From a virus (Duplodnaviria; Caudoviricetes), in the IMG/VR virus record IMGVR_UViG_3300030392_000608, positions 1-29,311 of that record: 29,311 nucleotides of DNA; one strand, given 5' to 3'. A model generated the notes under the pieces. That model saw nothing but the letters and a program-made list of their open reading frames with translations, was not told the origin of the DNA and did not search any database. Positions 25,457 through 29,311 of the stretch are shown piece after piece; within the stretch, counting starts at the first letter, position 1; every line of letters begins with the position of its first letter. The position numbers and the translations under genes are program-made.

Positions 25457-26190
25457 TGTTTAGATAATGTAGTTAAAGGCAAAATTAAAGGAATTTGTCC
25501 ATTATTCAAAATAACCGCACAACTGATTTTATAAGGCTTTGGAAAGAATTTAGCATAAGCCATTGCATAAGCCTGTCTATCTACACCACAACCCACTTGA
25601 ACCCCATAGTGTTCACCACTCATTATAACTGATGCTTCAGTATGGATATGGCCTTGAACTGTAGGTTGTGAAAATTGAAGTGCTTTATTAGCTGCTGCAT
25701 TCCTGCCAGAAGTTCCTGTTCCGTGAGTATAGATAACATCATCTATTTTATGTACTTCCTTAAAATCCCAATCTGGTGTTCCTAATACATCACCATAATC
25801 TCTAACCCATCTTTTAGAAATTTGACTTTCAAAACATTTACGCCTAACAATTAAATCGTGGTTTCCAAGACATATTTTTGCAATAGGGAAATGATTATAC
25901 CATACTTGTATTTTATCTATTGCCCTGTCAAGTTCATCACCTGCACCATACCCATCAGGGTCTGCTGTATGAAAAGATGAATAATGATTATCAATTAAAT
26001 CACCAATAAATACAACTTGATTACAATTAAATTTTTCGTAAGTTTCTATGCAATGTTCTAAGTACCCTTCAAGACAAAATGGTTCGTGAAGGTCGCCAAT
26101 AACAAGGACATTATTAACACCATTAATTCTACTTTCTTTTACTAACGCCCACTCTTGTTTACTAATTCTAGGTCTGTAGTAATCTTTCAA
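25453..26190 (-). CDS. Calcineurin-like metallophosphoesterase
   Basis: GDLH, GDLID, GNHD, HG and GHIH motifs. Start reassigned to the TTG at 26190, just after the holin stop (track gives 26241). Confidence 0.9.
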   Translation of the reverse strand: MKDYYRPRISKQEWALVKESRINGVNNVLVIGDLHEPFCLEGYLEHCIETYEKFNCNQVVFIGDLIDNHYSSFHTADPDGYGAGDELDRAIDKIQVWYNHFPIAKICLGNHDLIVRRKCFESQISKRWVRDYGDVLGTPDWDFKEVHKIDDVIYTHGTGTSGRNAAANKALQFSQPTVQGHIHTEASVIMSGEHYGVQVGCGVDRQAYAMAYAKFFPKPYKISCAVILNNGQIPLILPLTTLSKQ

Positions 26191-26191
26191 A

Positions 26192-26572
26192 TTATTTTTT
26201 TTTAATTTTCTCAAATGAGCGACCACCGAAGTACGCACCAATCACAGTTATTAAAACTAGCTGTAGCAAATCAATCCAATTATCTTTAACTTCAAAATCA
26301 ATTAAACCACCTTCAATAAAAATTAATATAATAGTTGATACAACTAAAAAGGCTAATGTAAGTGGTCTAATGTTTGCAGGTAGCCAACCTGCTTTGCTAT
26401 CTGCTTCCCACCTTCTAGTAACTTGTTCTTGTGCATTACTTTCTGCTTCAGATAGAATTTTATGTAAGGTATTTCTTAGTTCTAGCTTTTCTTCTTTGGT
26501 TGTAACTAAATTATCAACAATTTTATTCACATCTAAATTAAGGTTGCCAAATAATTTACTTAAAAAATTCAT
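26192..26572 (-). CDS. Holin (GTA 3TM-like family)
   Basis: RWEAD...WLPANIRP, hydrophobic helices, and GAYFGGRSFEK. Adjacent to the endolysin. Confidence 0.8.
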   Translation of the reverse strand: MNFLSKLFGNLNLDVNKIVDNLVTTKEEKLELRNTLHKILSEAESNAQEQVTRRWEADSKAGWLPANIRPLTLAFLVVSTIILIFIEGGLIDFEVKDNWIDLLQLVLITVIGAYFGGRSFEKIKKK

Positions 26573-27063
26573 ATTGATTTATATTCTATTGGTTTTCTAT
26601 ACTTTGTTTTATTACCATCTTTATATGCTACTAATACCTCTTTTCTATTATCGCTTAATTTCCAACTTAAATGCACCCAAGATGGACTTGTAGGGTCTAT
26701 GTATTTAGTGCCATTTCCAAATTCTAATATACATTGGTCAAAATCTAAATCTAAATCTATAAGGGCTTGGTATATCATTAGGTTATCCATTTGCCCTTTT
26801 TTGAAATATTTAAGGTCTACTGCTTCATAGCGACAATGCTGTGAATTTGCTGAACCACCGATTGTGGTGTTCAGTTGAATAGACCTATAGCCACTGGTTA
26901 TCCGTAAAGCACCAATCTTATCTCGGATGCTTTGTAATAGAGCAGTGGCTAACAAGGTCAATTTGTATATTCCTTCTTTTGTTGGTTTGTTATCAATCCC
27001 AAGTCTTAATGCAGTTCCGCTGTAACACATTTCTTGCAATGTAAAATTCTTGGATAATCTCAT
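26569..27063 (-). CDS. Endolysin, peptidase M15A-like Zn peptidase
   Basis: LSKNFTL, ITSGYRS, SQH...AVD, FDQCILE and WVHLS. Confidence 0.9.
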   Translation of the reverse strand: MRLSKNFTLQEMCYSGTALRLGIDNKPTKEGIYKLTLLATALLQSIRDKIGALRITSGYRSIQLNTTIGGSANSQHCRYEAVDLKYFKKGQMDNLMIYQALIDLDLDFDQCILEFGNGTKYIDPTSPSWVHLSWKLSDNRKEVLVAYKDGNKTKYRKPIEYKSI

Positions 27064-27410
27064 TATTCAAATTTTGCTAAATAAATTTTATCTATTTCTT
27101 TCTGTAAATCTTTTATTGTACAAGTGAGTTTCATCATTATATTAGCTTCAAATCTCATTACTTCTTCTTCATCATCAAATACTATAATAGTAGGCACAGA
27201 TTTAATCTTGTGCTTTTCTTGTAGTTTTGGATTTTCACATATAACAACTTCTGACTTTTCACAATCTTTTAAAACAGAAATATCAAATGTATTTTCACTA
27301 TTCCAATTACTATTAAATTGGATAATTGAAACTTGGGAATAACAACACCCGAAGCATAAAAATAACACCATTAAAAAGACATATAAAAAAGTGCTAATGT
27401 TCCTTTTCAT
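27063..27410 (-). CDS. Exported thioredoxin-fold protein lacking CxxC
   Basis: Signal peptide ending YS-Q. QFNSNWN sits where F-x-A-x-W-C-x-x-C would be, and the cis-Pro-like IKSVPTIIVF is present. Confidence 0.7.
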   Translation of the reverse strand: MKRNISTFLYVFLMVLFLCFGCCYSQVSIIQFNSNWNSENTFDISVLKDCEKSEVVICENPKLQEKHKIKSVPTIIVFDDEEEVMRFEANIMMKLTCTIKDLQKEIDKIYLAKFE

Positions 27411-27412
27411 AA

Positions 27413-27685
27413 TTAATTATTAAGGTTATATAGCCTTTCATCAATCTTGTCAATCTTCTTTTCTATCTTTTCTAACCTTTCAGCATTTGACATTATCGTT
27501 GTCCGTATTAATTCATCTTTCAGTTCAAATTCCTTTTCTGAAATAGGTAGTTTGGGTAATGCTTTCGCTTCGTTTATCTCTGCTTTTAAACCATACCACA
27601 TACCAGAACAAGTGATAACAAATGAACATACTATTATAATAGTCTTAATGTCTAGCGTTAAATTTGTGCCTGAATTTATTTTCAT
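27413..27685 (-). CDS. Single-pass membrane protein with C-terminal coiled coil
   Basis: Hydrophobic TIIIVCSFVITCSGMWYGL, then RLEKIEKKIDKIDERL. Confidence 0.7.
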   Translation of the reverse strand: MKINSGTNLTLDIKTIIIVCSFVITCSGMWYGLKAEINEAKALPKLPISEKEFELKDELIRTTIMSNAERLEKIEKKIDKIDERLYNLNN

Positions 27686-27864
27686 TTCCCGCAGTTTTTA
27701 AAATCGCTTAAACCCTGTGAAATGATAAGTGCAATACCAACCCAAATAAGATTAGACATTTCACCTTCAGTAATTCCAAATGTATTTGAGCAGTTTATAA
27801 AAATAAACATACCAAAGGCATAAAGAAATTTCTTGCTTGTAATTATATTTTTAAGTGTTTCCAT
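27682..27864 (-). CDS. Small two-helix membrane protein (holin-like)
   Basis: 60 aa with TSKKF followed by two hydrophobic stretches and SQGLSD. Confidence 0.6.
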   Translation of the reverse strand: METLKNIITSKKFLYAFGMFIFINCSNTFGITEGEMSNLIWVGIALIISQGLSDFKNCGK

Positions 27865-27867
27865 TTT

Positions 27868-28887
27868 TTATATTATTATTAAATTAATTCCTAAATTTAC
27901 TGTGTAATTTTCTCTTTCAAAATAATTCAAATATTCTAATTGAGTGTATAGGGATAATGACCTGGTTAATTTATAATTTAATATAACACCATAATCATAG
28001 TCCGTAGTATCTGACGCATATTCTGTCAGTTTGTGATTTATAAAAAAGCAGTTGCCATATATTAAGACAAAGAAATTGTCTTGGTGTAGATAATATGAAA
28101 GACCTATAACCCCTGATAGTGTAGTTTGATTTCCTAGTTCTGCTAATTTATCTCTATTATATTGTGCAGGAATAGTGGTATAGTAGTCTTGAAATTGTGC
28201 AGTATTATGTGCAACTGTATCACCATCTAAAATCCATCTATAAAATGATTGTTCAAATCTATCTAAATTTGAATTATTATTTTCATCTATAAACCAAAAC
28301 TCACTAATATACCCAAGTTCACTTGCTACTGCTTCAAAATCATCAGCATTTGGGAAGTTGTCTTTAAAGGGATTTAAGCCATATATAGGGTGATACCTTA
28401 CAACGCTTCCAATAGTAGCCCTAAAACGCTTAAAATCGTGCTTAAATCGTATGTCTAGTGCTTTATAGTTAAGGTCTATGTACCCATTGCTAGAAGATTG
28501 TATTTTTGTACTTGTATGTTTGCCTAAATAACGAAGCCAAATATCATAGTTTTCAAATTCTAAATTTCTGTCTTTTATCTTTTCATATTGTAGTACATAT
28601 TCTAGTTTGTCAATGGGTGAACGGAATATACTAGCATTGCTTTCTTTTCCATCATAATAGAACTTGGGTTTTTTCTCAAATTTATACCTTGATATTTTTT
28701 TAATTCCTATTGCATATCGGTAATTATAAGAATTGTCATTTGTTGTTTCTACCAATTCCCCATTTGTGTATGAATATGTTTCAATAGGTTGATAGGTAGA
28801 ATTAAGGCTAGTGGAAAAATAAATAGTTGAATATTTATAAAACTGCCCGAAAGACAATAACGGAATAAGAAACAGATACTTTAACAT
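27868..28887 (-). CDS. Exported outer-membrane beta-barrel-like protein
   Basis: Signal peptide ending SFG-Q, many alternating aromatic/hydrophobic strands (DYGVILNYKL, SLSLYTQLEY), and terminal strand YTVNLGINLIII. Confidence 0.6.
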   Translation of the reverse strand: MLKYLFLIPLLSFGQFYKYSTIYFSTSLNSTYQPIETYSYTNGELVETTNDNSYNYRYAIGIKKISRYKFEKKPKFYYDGKESNASIFRSPIDKLEYVLQYEKIKDRNLEFENYDIWLRYLGKHTSTKIQSSSNGYIDLNYKALDIRFKHDFKRFRATIGSVVRYHPIYGLNPFKDNFPNADDFEAVASELGYISEFWFIDENNNSNLDRFEQSFYRWILDGDTVAHNTAQFQDYYTTIPAQYNRDKLAELGNQTTLSGVIGLSYYLHQDNFFVLIYGNCFFINHKLTEYASDTTDYDYGVILNYKLTRSLSLYTQLEYLNYFERENYTVNLGINLIII

Positions 28888-28895
28888 CTCAATTT

Positions 28896-29311
28896 TTATA
28901 TTGCAGGGAATACACTAACAGTAGCATACACATCACAGCTCCACCCACCATTAAAAGCACCACTAGACCACATTTTCAAGGGTAGACTTTCAATAGTAGC
29001 AGTATTAACACCTTTTGCTTGTGAATTGCCACCACTCATAACCCAACTGCTAGAAGTTGTAATAGAACCCATAAATCTGCTAACATAGTCCCAGTAGACT
29101 AAAACCTGTGAACTATCATAACCTATAAATAAGTTCTTATTAGAACTTTCTGTAGCAGCAGCATAAGTTGTGACAATAGTAACCGCAATCGGTATTACTA
29201 TAAAACCTGTGCCTGGATTGAATAAGTCTAGTGGTGTGCTATCTAAATCCTGAACAGCAGCATTATCTAAAGATGAAGTAACTGTAGTTATTAATCTTTG
29301 TGCTTTTAATG
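28896..29311 (-). CDS. C-terminal part of the junction-spanning putative virion/tail-fibre-like protein
   Basis: Open frame LKAQRLITTVTSSLDNAAVQDLDSTPLDLFNPGTGFIVIPIAV...CDVYATVSVFPAI* with no start in the window. Its first 28 codons match the 1..207 ORF. Confidence 0.75.
   Translation of the reverse strand, partial: LKAQRLITTVTSSLDNAAVQDLDSTPLDLFNPGTGFIVIPIAVTIVTTYAAATESSNKNLFIGYDSSQVLVYWDYVSRFMGSITTSSSWVMSGGNSQAKGVNTATIESLPLKMWSSGAFNGGWSCDVYATVSVFPAI
29226..29311. repeat. Imperfect terminal direct repeat, right copy
   Basis: 78/86 identical to positions 1-86. Confidence 0.95.

Noticed and set aside
27063-27410. Active thioredoxin or o-spanin lipoprotein (FGCC)
   Set aside because: There is no CxxC at the active-site position. 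The cysteines lie within the signal peptide before a likely YS-Q cleavage site and the mature part looks thioredoxin-like. Lipidation is not fully excluded without SignalP.
22750-27701. Plus-strand ORFs 22750, 23652, 26370, 27124 and 27447
   Set aside because: Antisense shadows of the initiator, SSB, lysis and membrane genes.
1-29311. Integrase/prophage, CRISPR array, tRNA genes, alternative genetic code
   Set aside because: No recombinase motifs, host genes, spaced repeats or cloverleaf seen, and the standard code gives dense, intact ORFs.

Overview
This looks like a near-complete ~29.2 kb genome of an AT-rich tailed phage, most likely a siphovirus. The host is probably Bacteroidota/Flavobacteria, inferred from a TTTG-N19-TAnnTTTG promoter, the absence of obvious Shine-Dalgarno motifs and Gln at signal-peptide cleavage sites. 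The window ends overlap as an imperfect 86-bp repeat (8 mismatches) inside one gene, so the genome is probably circular or permuted with two alleles at the junction. Almost all genes are on the minus strand, running from ~24.15 kb leftwards: Cro-like HTH, SSB, replication initiator, VRR-NUC, three DNA methyltransferases, an ECF-like sigma factor, HNH and terminase. These are followed by a -1 frameshifted tail chaperone, tail genes, tape measure, head protease, scaffold, major capsid, major tail, portal and adaptor. Across the junction come a beta-barrel-like protein, two membrane proteins, a thioredoxin-fold protein, endolysin, holin and a metallophosphoesterase. Four short plus-strand genes form a putative early region. 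I saw no integrase, DNA polymerase, tRNA or CRISPR array. Most notable: an exported envelope module where spanins would be expected, a hairpin loop antisense to the early-gene start regions, a strictly spaced late promoter (ACAA-N10-TTTATATTTATT), and overlapping basic micro-ORFs, one faintly ArfA-like. All protein calls come from motif recognition by eye, not database searches.
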